Of a stretch of DNA of 64,000 bases, positions 1-13,001 are shown piece after piece. This DNA is from Ginglymostoma cirratum (Eukaryota). Made by a program: the position numbers and the translations under genes. The DNA lies in NCBI GenBank assembly GCA_024137785.1, contig JAHRHZ010000116.1, forward strand, positions 248,001-312,000. Reading direction: 5' to 3'. The notes under the pieces were generated by a model. The model did not search any database and was not told the origin of the DNA. It saw only the letters and a program-made list of their open reading frames with translations. How positions within the stretch are numbered: the stretch's first letter is position 1; the number at the start of each line of letters is the position of its first letter.

Positions 1-693
1 CCCAGAGCATTCATCCACTTCTGGATTAGTAGTCTCACGAATTATTGATATACCATCGCCTCCCATAGATGCAAATGTTCAACAAAACGTTTTAAACTCT
101 ATCTACAAGGCATTTTTAATTTTAATTCATTCACGGGTTCAGGGATTCACTGGTTCTTGCAGAATTTATTGACAAAAGCCATAAATCACAACGGAGGAAG
201 AAAAACAGCCTTTTTAACATCATTCACATTTCATGAACAGTTAATGACTTCAGTTGTCTCAACAAACGTTTCCTAAAAGATAATTATTCGATATCAATCC
301 AACATCTGATTCATTCATTTCCTTGTAATACAATGTTCCTAGATATCTCGCCAGAGGACGCTGTAATCCCACTTTCTTAAACTATTTACATCCTTGTCTT
401 CTTGCAGGCTGTTTGTGCCATCTTCACCACTCACCTTTTTATTATTTTTTGTCATCTGTAAACTTGATGAAGTACATTTTCGTTTGTCAGGATTGTGTGT
501 TAATGTTCATGTCTGCTCCCTCCCCATTCAGACTCAAACTTTCAGAGAAACTGAGAGTCTACGTTAAAATTTCATAACCAGTGTTTGGGTGCAGATGGCA
601 ATACTGTTATCTATCTCCGATACTCCTTGAATATGAGGCGGTGAGCTGTCTCCTTCAGGCACTGCAGAGTATCTGTTTAAGTATCATTACATT

Positions 694-987
694 AGTTATG
701 GTACAAACTAAAACTAAAAAAAACTGTGTTTGCTACGAATCTAACCAGTATATGCAGCGAAAACACCAATCTTGCGTACCATTTAAGGAATTGAAAATAT
801 AATTTTTCTTTATCTCATCACTGTGTTCAAATCGCTCCGACAAAATGTCACCCTGCATGGACTGCAGGGAGTCCTCATAATCAGACAAATGTTCTGTTAA
901 CTCGAGATCTCCGGCTCTGATACTCGAAAATATAAACTGGGTTTCTTCCCTGACTTTTCCTACGAGAAAAATAAAAAGCTGTATCAT
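694..987 (-). pseudogene. Possible highly decayed V-segment relic
   Basis: The minus ORF has V-like stretches (REETQFIF, DILSERF). It is followed by CACAGTT (722-728) and a nonamer-like ACCATAACT (694-702), but the spacer is only 19 nt and the conserved Cys/Trp residues are missing. Confidence 0.3.
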
Positions 988-1274
988 ATCAACATTTGTT
1001 TAATCTCTGCAGAAAACCCTGTTGTCTGATGATTTTTAAAAAAAATTTCCTTTTTGCTGCTGTTGTCGAAAGTGGCGATGAAAGGAGCCTCAATGTGATT
1101 GGCTGAATTTAAGGACAGAATAGGTCGATGTACATTGGCTGGCACCACATGTCTTCGGCAAAAATGAACCAATGGTCAGAGATCCGGAAATGACTCTTCA
1201 TTTTTACCAACTATTGACTAAAACTATTTCAGCTTAGACTCGCTTAGCTCACTTTCAGCGTGATTTCTGCAAAA

Positions 1275-2229
1275 ATGTTGCCAGGCGTACTTCATTTATT
1301 CCTCACAGCTGCGGCTGCTCTACCAGGTAGGCCGATAAATTGTGGATCTTTCTGTTTCAGATCACCAGGAGTAATTACATTTACTCGATCAATTTCTCCA
1401 AAACAGGAGCAGCAATACATTCGCCCAAATGAAAACAATCATTTGGATTTAACACCAAGCATGTTCAGGGGAATTTAGCGAATGTTTTCAAGTCGATTAC
1501 AGCAGAAGAGTTAGGACGAAAATCTATCCGGGACTGAGGCCACTAACATGCTGTGACAGGAACGGGAGCTTTAAACTCGCTGACTTAAACAGTTGTACGT
1601 TCAAGTTGCAGAGATGAATTGCGAAATGACTTCTGTAGAAGATATGACATGTTTATCAAGAAAGTTTTACTTCGGCTGTTGAAGCTCTTTCCAGTCACAT
1701 TTGCTGCGTTGCGAAAAATGGCTTTTTGGTTAACTTCCCTGATTTGTTCTTCAGGTTGCAGTGGTTTTGCTTCCTGGAATTATTTTTCGGATTGCTGAAG
1801 TTTTTTTTTCAGAAACTGATCCTTCTTGGTAATTCTCATGTTTTGGTTCAATTTGACGGGCCGAATGTGGACAATAAAAAAGAATTTTTTTTAATAAATT
1901 TCCTATTACTCCTTGTTTTTTACAGTATTTTGTCGCGGGGATTCTGTCACTCAGACACCGGCTTCAATCTCAGTGAATGAGAAAGATAATGCCCAGCTGT
2001 TTTGTAACTACACTACAACAAGCAACACTCCTTATCTTTTCTGGTACTATCAACGTTTAAGCGGCTCCATGGAGTTTCTATTATCCAGAAACCAATATAG
2101 TGAGAACACAGTGAGATTTCCAGGTGACCGGTTTTCCGCAGACTTTGATCACGTGAACCACAAAATCGAGCTGAATATATTGAAAACAGAACTAACGGAC
2201 TCCACAGTGTATTTCTGCGCTTTGAGACC
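1275..2229 (+). CDS. TRAV: T-cell receptor alpha/delta variable gene segment, intact (leader exon 1275-1326, intron 1327-1925, V exon 1926-2229)
   Basis: Hydrophobic leader MLPGVLHLFLTAAAALP ends at a phase-1 donor G|GTAGG. Acceptor ttttacag| at 1925. The V exon reads VFCRGDSVTQTPASISVNEKDNAQLFCNY...YLFWYYQ...DSTVYFCALRP, with conserved Cys23, Trp41 and Cys104 and no stops. A 23-RSS follows. Confidence 0.93.
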
Positions 2230-2268
2230 CACAGAGACTGAGACCTGGCCTGAATACGTTCAAAAACT
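2230..2268 (+). promoter_or_regulatory. 23-bp-spacer recombination signal sequence of the + strand V gene
   Basis: Heptamer CACAGAG 2230-2236, 23-nt spacer 2237-2259, nonamer TCAAAAACT 2260-2268. Confidence 0.92.
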
Positions 2269-2749
2269 CTCAGAGAGACAGTGATTCTGACAGTGCAGCA
2301 GGCACAGAGTGAGAACAAGGGTTGATCCAGAATAGTTCCAGATTTGAGCTGAGAACTTACTCTTCTCAATCGAACTCAAAACATTTTTTGATTTTTTTTT
2401 GGAAAAATTTAATACTGTCAGTTTAGTAAGTAAAAAACAAATAAAATGTTATTGCCATTCAGGTGCCCCGAAGTGTTTCACTGTTATTTTGATGACGTAG
2501 TTTGCAAAATTCAGCAACTGGTTTTAGTCCAGTAAACCTCCATTGAAACAGGGCACTGCAGTACTTGGTTCGCGAGGCAATGATCTGTCACATGATTCTA
2601 AGAATGAAACACTCGAACAACTTGAATAATGTCAAGCGCATTGCATGTTACTAATGCCCCTTACCTGAATGTTACAATTTCCCGAACTACAAGCGATAAA
2701 TTCAAACCCGAAATGTCAGCTTTCCTGCTTCTCCAATGCTGCCTTATCG

Positions 2750-3715
2750 CTGTTCCAGTTTTCCTTCACAGTGAACAGTATACAGGGTCAAGCCCTATAC
2801 ATTTGTTGATGGCTTTCTTGGTGGAGTACCAGGCATCTAGGAATTCCCGCGCTTGTCTTTGCTTAACTTGTCTCAGAACCTTGGCGTTGCCCCAGTCGAA
2901 ATGATGGTTCTCCTTATCTATTTGTATAGAGATGTGTGTGTATTGGTCGTATCATTTTATAGCTAAATAATGTACGTGTAACCTTGTTGTCAATTTCCCT
3001 TCAATTTGTCCGATATTTTGTTTGTCACAGTCTCTGCAGGGTATCTCGTATATGACATTGATCCTGTCAATTGTGGGTAAAATTTCTTTGGTCCGGATGA
3101 GCAGTTGTCGGAGGGTTGATGTGGGTTTGTGTGCTATTTCGATGCCCAGTGGTGTCGGAGTCTTGTGGTCAGTTCAGATGTGTTCCTGTGTAAGGTAGCA
3201 TGTTGAGTGTGTCCTGGTGTAATTCGTGTAATAGGCATAGTCTGACAAAATTTTTCTTCTGACCAACTCATCTCTATCTACATGGACAAGGAAAACCACA
3301 AATTCGACTGGGACAAGACCAAGAACCTGGGACAAGCAAAACAAAGACAAGCATGGGTATTCCTAGAAGCCCGTTACTTCATCAAAAAGTCATCAGCAAA
3401 TGCATAGAGCTCAACTGCATTGACACTCCGCTGCAAAGGAAAACCGGAAGTGAGGTAAACATCTCAACACACTCCAGAGTTTAAACAACAGGCGGAAAAA
3501 CCCAATGGCGCTTCATCAAATGCTGCACTGCAGAGGCTGTGACAAACAAAATATCGGACCAACTAAAGGGAAATTAACAACAAGGTTACACGAACATCGT
3601 TTAGCTATAGAATGATATGACCAATACACACACATCTCACTGATGATGTTGCGCAGCAGGGTAATGAAACGTCTGTGGAACAATGAGCCAGCTCGGCGAG
3701 CCAAACAGCCACACC
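2750..3715. mobile_element. Penelope-like element fragments in inverted arrangement
   Basis: Decayed GIY-YIG-region sequence on - (about 2750-3240) and + (about 3270-3715; HKFDWDKTKNLGQAKQRQA.VFLEA). A CTGATGA...GAAAC-GTC hammerhead-like core lies at 3640-3673. Confidence 0.7.
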
Positions 3716-3799
3716 TTTAGAAACCGTTTTGGGGACCGGCATCAGAGGAGAATGAAGGGTCAGCTTTAGACTGAGCAGATATAGCCAAGGAAACTTCCT

Positions 3800-4520
3800 C
3801 TTCTTTTTTTAAAAACTGACTTCTGTCTGTTGCGGGCATCGCTGGCTGGCCAGCACTTATTGTTGTCCCTTCTTGCTCCTGAGAAGGTTGTGATAAGCTG
3901 CCTTTTGGAACAGTTGCATTTCACCATGTATTGATTGATCCAAAAAGCCATAGTGAATGAATTCCAGGATTATGACCCAGTGACAGTGAAGAAAGGCAAT
4001 ATATTTCCAAGTCAGTATGCTGTGTGGCAAGGGAAGGACCTTGGCGTTGGTGGTTTTCCTTTGTATCTTCCCCCCTTGTCCTAACAGAAGGAAGCGTTCG
4101 CTTGTTTGGAAAATTCTGCCTGAGAATGTTTGATAAATTGCTGCAGTGCATCTTGTAGATAGCACTCATTGCTGTCGTGCGTGTTGTGGCTGAAAGATTG
4201 TATACTTGCGGATGTAATGCCAATCAAGTGCGCTGCTTTCGTCTGGATGGTGTCAAGCTTCTTGAGTGTTTTGGAAACTGCACACATCCAGGCAAGTGGG
4301 GAATATTCCATCACATTCCTGACTTGTGCCTTGTAGATGGTGGACTACATCCCAGGATTTGGAGAGTAAGGACTTGAGCCATTCAGTGCATTATTCCTAG
4401 CCTCTGGCATGACTTCGTAGCCAGTGTATTTATTTGGCAAATGCAGTTGAATTTCTGGTCAATAGTACCAACCAGGATGTTGATGGTGGAAGGTTCTGTG
4501 ACGGTAACACCACCGAATGT
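3800..4520 (-). mobile_element. L2/CR1-group LINE 3' fragment
   Basis: Minus ORF MEYSPLAWM..KTLKKLDTIQTKAAHLIG is typical of a LINE ORF2 C-terminus. The 3' tail resembles that of the local SINE family. Confidence 0.7.
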
Positions 4521-5229
4521 CAAGATCAGCCTCTTTTAGCATCGTTCAGCACACCAAACTGGGAGCTGAATGGTCAGAGATAGCTGGAGACGAGATAAGG
4601 ACAGAAACTGAAAGACACGCAACACTAAGTTTTTTTTTAAGAATTTGTCGTGCATTACTTGTTTCCAGTGAGGAATACCTGCCGTGTGTTGGTTTGTAAG
4701 CATGCTAAGAAACCACAGTTAATGAGTCGCAGGTTTCGCGAAATCAAAAGTTGCACAATAGCAGATTGTGTGATTACTTCAACTCACAGTTGATTTCATG
4801 TCCCAGTTCAAAACAACTATTTTCGATGTTTAGCGAAGCCACTTGTCAACGAAATTTGTGTCTGTAGACGGGGAGCTGATTTGAAGATAATGGAGCAGGT
4901 CTAGTCCTGAGGACTATGTCACTCAGGAGATGAGTCTGTGTGTTTCCTTCTGTGGTTGAAAATGGGGATCAATCCACGTCATACTTCTGTCCTATTTGCT
5001 GCGTAGTTGGTGATTAAAATATTCCAGAAAACATATAATTGAGGTCATTACTTGAAACGGAGGAGAACACAAGGCTACCGACCGTATGGATTTTTGATGA
5101 CCAATGCAGATACGATAGGCTGATGAATCTTTTTCTCCACACAGTAAAACCATGGTGACAGAGAGAAACCAATCTGTCGTGCAAATGAAAGTAAAAGCAA
5201 TGTAATTACTAAAGGCTGCAAGAAGCTTT

Positions 5230-5900
5230 GACAAATTGCCTGTGAGTTTGGCAGTTAGGGTTGGGATCTTTCAGCGCCAAGACCCAGTTTCCGTCCTGGT
5301 GAAGTTGGCATTATATCGGTTATTGCATTAATTTGTTTATATATCGGGTCCATTTCAATATGGTTGTTGATGGAGTTCCAGTTGGAATGCCAGGCCTCCA
5401 GGAATTTCTGGCATGCCTTTGTTTGGCTTGTGTTATTAAGGATATGTTTTCCCAGTCGAATTCGTGTCCTTTGTTGTCCGTGTTTCTTCGTCGTTACTGA
5501 GTGTTCCTGTATCCTTATTGTCAGTTTTCTGGCAGTTTGGCCGATGTAATATTTCGCTCAGTCCTTGCATGGTATTTTGTATCTTTCATTACTTTTATTA
5601 ATTATGGCTATGGGATCTTTTATAATCGCCAGTAGCTGTCGCAAGATGATCGTTTGTTTGTAGGCTACCCTGATACCTAGGGGACTGAGGAGTCTGCTGG
5701 TCATCTTGTGGGGTGCACTGTTTATTCGAGCCATTGCATTACCGCGTCTACTTTTGGTCCTGATATTTGGGAGACCATTGTTTCGGTGATTTATTTGAAT
5801 ATACAATAGTTGAAGATGAAGTAGATTGTGAGGCACAGATCCAGCAGCTTCCGGATACTGTGCTTTTTAATGCTGTTGGTGTGGTGGGGTACCTGCGTTT
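5230..5900 (-). mobile_element. Penelope-like element fragment
   Basis: Decayed GIY-YIG region (YKIPCKD..YIGQT; AKQRHARNF/LEAWHS) on the minus strand. Confidence 0.65.
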
Positions 5901-5939
5901 CTGATTCGTTCAGCAACTTGACAAATGTCTCCGTCTATA

Positions 5940-6718
5940 TAATTTATTTGAGAATAAACAAGGTATCCTTAGTCAATTTGTGAATGATTTCAAAGTTGGA
6001 GGTATAGTGAACACTAAAGAAAATTATCTAACATTACAAAGAGATTTTGATCAATTGCATTAACGGGCTGAAGAGTGGAAGTTGGATCTGCATTAAATAA
6101 ATGGGAAATATTGCATTTTGGAAAAGCAAACAAGGGCGGGACTCCGACAACCAAAAGTACAGACTTGAATACCGTTGTAGAATAAAGATATCTCTGGCGT
6201 CAGGTGCATATTTATTTGAAGTCTGCATTAACAATGGATTGCATCCTTATCACGGAGTTTAGCACGCTTATCATCTGTGTGCAGACCTTTGAGAATAAGA
6301 GTTTGCACATCATTTTAAGGTTGTGCAGAAATTTGGTGAAAACTCTTCTGAGTACTGTGTTCATTCAATGTCAGGTGTTTTTTTTTCCCTAGGGGGCAGA
6401 ATTTTAGTAATGAAGAGCATATTTTAAGAGGACAGAACAAAGATTTCAAAAGAAAAAAAACACGGGGAGCTTTTATGTTTTAAAATAGAAACAGTTGCTT
6501 ATGAGGGGAGTGAACTTCCAGAGGAGATGAATGTGGGTGACTGCATGTAAAGGCATAATCTGTAAAAGCCAGTAAATTAAGTATGTATAAGAAATGTTGG
6601 CAAGGATATGGGCCAAGCGCAGGCAGGTGGGACAAGTTTATTTTGGGTGTATGTTCGACATGGGCTGGTTGGACCGCAGATTCTATTACTGCGCTGTATA
6701 ACTGCATGACTCTACGAC
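5940..6718 (+). mobile_element. Decayed CR1 LINE 3' fragment
   Basis: RT C-terminal and 3' UTR remnants ending in a typical CR1 tail (gctgtataactgcatgactctacgactc). Confidence 0.7.
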
Positions 6719-7559
6719 TCATCCTGCTTTGGTTTAAAAGTGGTACTTTCACCTGCTAAACTAACAGCGTAAGGGAGGTGTGTTAATCGCCTCGGGGCCC
6801 ATTAACAATTCTAACACACACAGGGGAACCTCACTAGAGGAAGAGGGTGGCTGTGGTTAATTGATCAGGAGTCATGTTTCAATCAGTGTAAACAGTGAGC
6901 AATAAATCCTGACCAATTGATATCTACTTTGAGACTTGCCAAATTAGTTCCACACTCATTTGCTTCCTCATGTCTTCCAGGCATCAACGCCTTTCATTTA
7001 GTTTAACTCCCTTGCTTCACCTCTGAACTTGTTCCCAAATATTTCTATGTCTCTGGATAGAAACAGCAACGAAAAGAAGAAAATTCTGGGAGATGGATGC
7101 TACTCACCAGGACAAGAATCACTGTTCATTCCTAATTACTCCAGAGTTGGAGGTGATGAGCTACATTCTCGAAAACTTGAACACCTTGTCAATTATGTAC
7201 AACCGTGATGCAGTTGGGGTATGAGTTCCAGGATTTAGACACAGCAAGACTGAATGTACAGTGATGTATTTCCAACTCAGAACGGTGAGTGGCTTGGAGT
7301 GCAGAATCGTGAGTGGCAGTTTTTCCATCTATCTGCTGCCATTGTCCTTTTTGGGGTGTGCATGCTGATTGTAAACAGGAATTCATTTTCATTTCGTTAA
7401 CTCACAGAAGCGAACAAAATCTTTATTTCATGACGAAGAATTATGTATAGGATTGAACGATGCAAGTTCTGACTTAAATTCATTGGAACACCTGTGCAAC
7501 TGAAAGTGACACTTGGGAGCTGACTTGTTCACGTTCTTGTGCCTATTCCTCACTTCAAA

Positions 7560-7604
7560 AACATCTTCACCAGAAACGTCAACAACATCTTCACCAGAAA
7601 CGTC
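7560..7604 (+). repeat. Tandem duplication with 24-bp period
   Basis: aacatcttcaccagaaacgtc occurs twice in tandem. Confidence 0.85.
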
Positions 7605-8172
7605 TCTCTCCCACTCTCATAACTTCGAACAATGAATATTGTCGCTCTGGTTTTCAATGTTAAGAAAGCAGAGCTGGCATATTCTAACGTTCATCAGCCG
7701 ATTGACTACAGCAAGAGACAGAACATGCTGATGATATTAGGGGCGTTTGAGAGGAGTTGACCTCCAGTGAATAGGAGACACTAACGAAGGTGCCATTCAA
7801 CTCGTCTGATTCTAGACACCAGCCTAGAAGTGACCAGAAACTTCTCTTTGAATTTCATCAGGAACTTCACTCAAAGAGATCATGGTTCAAAGCAGGAAAG
7901 GACTGGATTGGTACAGAAAATAGCGGAGTGTCTGTGACGACAACAATGGAAAGTTCCAGCAGAGAAATAAGCGATACTGAAGCAGCCACCTCATGACAAA
8001 TGTGCTTTCTTTGTCAGTGGAATACCTGATTCCAAGTGTGGGAAAAGGTTGAATTGAACCAGTGATGGCGATTATCATTCCTGCTTGCTAACATTGTGAA
8101 TGTTCTCGTTTCTGGTCATGTCACCGTTAACATCCAAAATCTGCAGGATATAGCCTTTTTTTCGTCTTGACT

Positions 8173-8245
8173 CAGCCAATGGCATAATAGATAAAGTATC
8201 TGACTATGTTTCAGGCGACTGTTTGTCCAACTCCTACTTGGCACG
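8173..8245 (+). pseudogene. Decayed tRNA-Arg(ACG)-like pseudogene
   Basis: 73 nt, colinear with vertebrate tRNA-Arg(ACG) (..gccaatggcataatagataa..tctgacta..tcag..tccaactcct..tggcacg). The anticodon is mutated to ATG and the stems are broken. Confidence 0.7.
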
Positions 8246-9560
8246 AATGCAATTTGTACTATTGTTCCCATCCCTCTCTTCTAAGTATTCACATTGTTCT
8301 GAAGCCGAGATAAGGTTTGAATTCATGATGTACAGGAACGACAATCCTTTAAATGTCTCAGATCAGTAAACATCAGCGAATCAATGTCTCATTAGAGAAG
8401 AGAGAGATGACAAAGTCTGACAAGATCATCATGTATATCTTTCAATTTCCCAAACCCACCGTCTATTCACAGTGGCTCCTTGGAATGGAAAGGAAACAAG
8501 CAAGGAAGTCCAGTTTCCAACTTTGCGAATCGTACGAAAGCAGGATCCAACGAGAATGAAGGGTAAAGTGCCAGATTGATCAGAGGCAGTCAAGGCAAAT
8601 TCCACTTCTTTAAGAAGCTGTAACTTTGACTCTGAAGTGCTTGCTGGTAGGTAAAGTTGAGTCTTGTACTCGATCAAGGCAGAAATCGAGCCGACAGGCG
8701 TTTGGTCTGTGGTCAGGATCATTGCTACGTTTGCCAATTACTCCATCCATACCTAGCAGCTATATCCTGCAGAGTTGTGGTGAGCACAGGGACATGGGCC
8801 GAAATGGAAATATTGACTGTGTGAACATCCAATAAACACAAGCACCACCGCTTCTTCATGTCGACTGTCCAGGTGGGGACACGATGGCCTGGTTGTATTT
8901 TCAATGGAGTGTTAGTCTCGTAACCTAATTCATGTTTTGGGGACCTTAGTTCGAATTCGGGTGGAATATAAATTCACTTTAATATTTCGGTAACTATGGG
9001 TCTAATGATGATCATGAATAGATAGTTGGAAAAACTCCCAGAAAAAATCTATCTGGATCACTCATGTCATTTCGGCAAAAATGACTGGTCTACATGTAAA
9101 TCTCGACTCACAGAAATCGGTGACTATTAATTGCCCTCTGGTCACCGACCTCGACAGCTGGCTGCCGGAAATAATTCCACTTATTTACAACTGTTAAATA
9201 GAAGATGAAATTCCTCCTCATCTCTTTCTTAATTGGGCGATTATTCTGGGATAATGCACTAAAGCCGAAGAATATTCTAAAAGGTGAAACAAATTTGACA
9301 CAACCGAGGTGTAAGTCTCACTCAGAATCGTATGTGCTTCACTGAGGAACGGGGTTGGTGTCGTACTGTGGTCGGTATTTAGGAGTGTATGATTCCTGGG
9401 AACAAACGAATACATGAATTATTCCTGCCCTGTGTGATGCTTTCATCCCTGATGTAAAACCTTTACTGATTCCAGCAGACCAGCTCTGCTTTTGCATTTG
9501 CTATTTTCACAAGGAATTCCTGGTTATTTTAACATCTCGTACAAAAACGAGAGCTTCTCC

Positions 9561-9632
9561 TTCCACGACAGGAAATTGAACCCAGGTCGCAGTAGTGAAA
9601 GAGCTAACACCTGACCACAAGAGTATCAGGGA
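9561..9632 (-). pseudogene. Decayed tRNA-Glu(TTC)-like pseudogene
   Basis: The reverse complement tccctgatactcttgtggtcaggtgttagctctttcactactgcgacctgggttcaatttcctgtcgtggaa is 72 nt and colinear with tRNA-Glu. The CTTTCAC anticodon loop and B box are retained. A T5 run lies about 12 nt downstream. Confidence 0.75.
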
Positions 9633-10809
9633 AGAGGGTGTGCATGCTTGCACCTTTTATTAATGTCAATGCTGAATTTTTAAAAAGAATTTAATATTAT
9701 TTTCATTGTATATAATTTTTCCCTCCGAAATGATTGAAGCATTACGTTTTTAAAGCATGAAAAGCGGACTTTCAGCCTTTGTTACAGTGCTAATCATCAA
9801 ATATCAACCTGTTTCGCTCCCATCTTCAATATCTAGGGGTTGGTCGCGGGGAGGATGTTGGGATTCAGTGTAACACAAACAAGTTCTTGAGCAAAATTGC
9901 GGAAATTTTTAGCGTTCACTGCAACATGAAATTCACACTTTTCTTCTTGAACACTATTCCAAAATCCCGAAACCTTTCTCCGAGCTGTTTCTACAATCAT
10001 ACAAATGTGTTGCCTGAGTGTAACGTTTGTTCTGGAATGTCAGTGGGAAGAACCTTGGGCTCTTACATTTGATATTCTGTGCATTTTGGAAATGTAATTG
10101 TCTTTGTAGAAGAGAAAGAGAAAGACAAAGAGACAGTCTCCTCTTGCATCATTTTCACCGGATATGTTCTTTCTTTGGTTCAGATGAAGGGTCATGAGAC
10201 TAACACCATTGACTCTACTTTCCCTTCACAGATGCTACCAGAACTGTTGTGCCTGTCCACTAGTTTCTGCTTTGTTTCAGGTTGACAAATACACAGTTAG
10301 TTATTCTAATTTTGGGCAAAGTGTTCCTTTTTTCTCAGAAGCTTGAAACGCTTCTTTTTATTTTTCGAAACTTCACACTGTCAAGAAAAATAGGAAGAAG
10401 TGACACGGAGATGTCCTTTCTGTAAAAGTGACCAACGCAAATCAAAAGAACAGTGAGCCTGAAAAAATCAGTGAGAAATTAAAAAAAGAGGGAGTGAGTA
10501 ATTTTTGCAGCTGACTTTGATTGGAGTGTAGTAATCATCAATCCTAACAGAGCAGACAATCTTGTTCCTCTTAAACGCCACCAACATCTCGATAAGACCT
10601 TAGCATCGTTCTAGAAGAGACAACGTAAGGAAATCCTCTTGGTTAATTTTCTGTTAAACTCTTTCTCAAAACTCATATGTTGCCCATATGTTTTCCTCAT
10701 ATTAATTCTCTTCCAGTCTGCCGACTCAGGGTTGAAACAGTTAGCATATCATTCAGGAATTATTTATTCTCTCTGAATTTTGAATCGTTCTCCATTTTTT
10801 TTTCCACAG

Positions 10810-11092
10810 GTGTCTGTTTCTCACAAATCATCTGAAATAACGGTTTTGGAAGGGCAAAATGTGACAATAGAGGCTCATTACTCAACAGCTGAACTTTCTC
10901 CGAGACTGTTCTGGTATGCCCAGTATTCCAGGAAAGCTCCAAGCTACTTCCTGAAGGTGCATACCATGGGGGCTTAAGATAAATCTTTAGATTTTTCAAT
11001 GTGGTTCACTACTGATTTATACCAAAATAAAGGTTCCCTAAAGTTACTTCGGGGCTCTTGTATCTGACATTGCCACTAAGCGTGTGCTGATG
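10810..11092 (+). pseudogene. TCR alpha-type V pseudogene
   Basis: Acceptor ttttccacag|, then VSVSHKSSEITVLEGQNVTIEAHYSTAELSPRLFWYAQYSRKAPSYFLK. Cys23 is lost, there is a stop at 10975-10977 and FR3 is frameshifted (GALVSD). A leader-like relic lies near 10675-10731. No clear RSS. Confidence 0.8.
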
Positions 11093-12687
11093 CAGGGACA
11101 TTTCGATCATGTCCAAATGCGCACTCTGAGATTCCCAGGTGTGTCCTCAAGCCGGTGCACTCACACCAATAAGCAGACGCAATAATTTTGCAAGTACTGT
11201 GACAGTCGTAGGACCTTCCGCAAAAATCATACCAAAGCACAACATTCGACTGCTTAAATAACATTACTTTATTCCAAATCGCACTTCCCCTTCAACTAGC
11301 GTTTTTAAAATTTACTCAATCACTTCTTTTAATTTGCCTTTGGAACAGGTTTCCCTGCTTCTGTGCACTATTAATCACCTTTTCTACATCACTACTGCCA
11401 GTTTCCTGAAACTTTGGAATCGGGTCTCTTCATGAGGTTTAGTCAATGGAAGGCTATTGCTGAGACATTCACAGTTAACGTAAAATGAGCATATTTCGCA
11501 AAGATATGAATCTGAACTTTGAAAACAAGTCACAAAGATATAGACACGGAAAGTCAAATGGTACTTTAAGACCTCTGTTCAATGCTCTCATGTATGCAGC
11601 TACCAGGAACAATCCAGATCAATCATGTACAGCTGTCACGGAGAGTGCCCTTGTATATTTCGAGCGGACCATCTCCAATACCTCTGGACTCCTCGGGATG
11701 TTGACGCCCATTTGAGGTCGAAGTCAAACCATTCTATCCATTCCGCAGCTCAGTGTTTCATTCGAAGAGCGTGACACTAAAACAAAAATCATATTGTGTA
11801 TCCCTGTTAAGACGTTGTTCAAAACTGAAGCCATCAACAAACTAAGTTTCAAAACAACAATTGTTGGAAAATCTCAGCGAGTTTGGCTGCATCTGTGGAG
11901 ATAAAATGGAATAAACCTTTCGAGTCCAATGACCCTTCTTCCTAATTTTTTTTGAGATAAATATCTCAGATCAAGTAAACAACAGACTGACTGATTTATG
12001 AAAGATCAGGCTGTCTCTCTTTAGTGGCCATTTTCTCAGTTTCGTGGAATGTGAGTTTAATGTCAGAAGCACGCAGTGAAATGTAAGAATGGAAATGACC
12101 CCAGACCAATCTGAAGCAGAGATTACGGATGCTTTTTGTGACGGACGTGACATCATACCAGTCTCGGCCAATTCTATGAAGGTTTTTTTTTCTCATATTT
12201 GACATTCTACAGATTTCTAACACATAAAGAGATCTCCTGGAAGGGCAGCAGTAATGATGCAGTTCACCGTTTTCGCGGTAATCTCAGAAACCTTCATTGT
12301 GACAAAATGTTTCAAACTTAGAAAACCGTGATTTTCTGTATTTCTCAAATTGAAACCAGCCAGTGGCCTTTTCATTAAGTATTGGACTGGCAGGAGTGTC
12401 AACACAATTGAGTCGTGAAGCGTAAATCAGGGGAAAAGATGAAGGAGATATGAACAGAAGGACAGGCAGAAAGAAATGAGATCAAGGGGGAAAAAAAGAA
12501 AAGAATTCTCCTCTGGCTTTCCATCACGGATATAGACAAGTTTAATTGTCTGAAGTAATTACTGTATGCTCTAATTTCTTCTTGCTATCAAGTCGCACTG
12601 AATGTGATTGCTTCTTTTCTAAACGGCAGTTCAATTTAAATGCATATGTCATTGATGGCTTCCACTCTCGTTACTTTTGTGTGCCGG

Positions 12688-12998
12688 ATCAGAGCAATTA
12701 ACTTTCTGTTATTAAGCGGAATCCTTCGCTCACACAGCCACAGTCAGAAGATGTCACTTTAAGCTGCACTTACGCTGACAATCTTTATTCCTTATTCTGG
12801 TACTGTCAGTACCCATGCCGATAGCCAGTATTTGCAGCCCGGAGACACATGAGCGTTGCAGCTGAATTGAGGGAGGATTTTGCTCAGCTGTGGTTTTCCG
12901 ATACAGTCCAGCAGTCAAAGTGGTTGTACCGATTGGCCATCTCGGAGCTGCTATCCTCTGACATCCCGGTCTATTTCCTTGCAGTGAGCCTCACCGTA
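12688..12998 (+). pseudogene. TCR alpha/delta-type V pseudogene with SINE-split RSS
   Basis: Single frame SEDVTLSCTYADNLYSLFWYCQYPCR*PVFAARRH...EDFAQLWFS...LAISELLSSDIPVYFLAVS. Stops at 12699-12701 and 12822-12824; Cys104 is replaced by Leu. Heptamer CACCGTA at 12992-12998. Confidence 0.85.
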
Positions 12999-13001
12999 AT
13001 G

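Noticed and set aside
2107-2209. Two perfect CACAGTG heptamers inside the + strand V exon (2107-2113, 2203-2209) as cryptic RSS for V replacement
   Set aside because: No nonamer-like sequence at 12- or 23-nt spacing. They are compatible with codon chance.
4898-5146. Possible V relic (EDYVTQ..., CACAGTA at 5140-5146)
   Set aside because: Too short and decayed. No Cys/Trp landmarks or nonamer.
7770-7996. Possible V relic (RHQPRSDQKLLF...SSREISDTEAAT)
   Set aside because: Only vague FR2/FR3 resemblance. No YYC, RSS or leader.
12146-12155. CRE-like decamer CGTGACATCA as a V promoter element
   Set aside because: Short motif. The leader exon of the downstream pseudogene could not be defined reliably.
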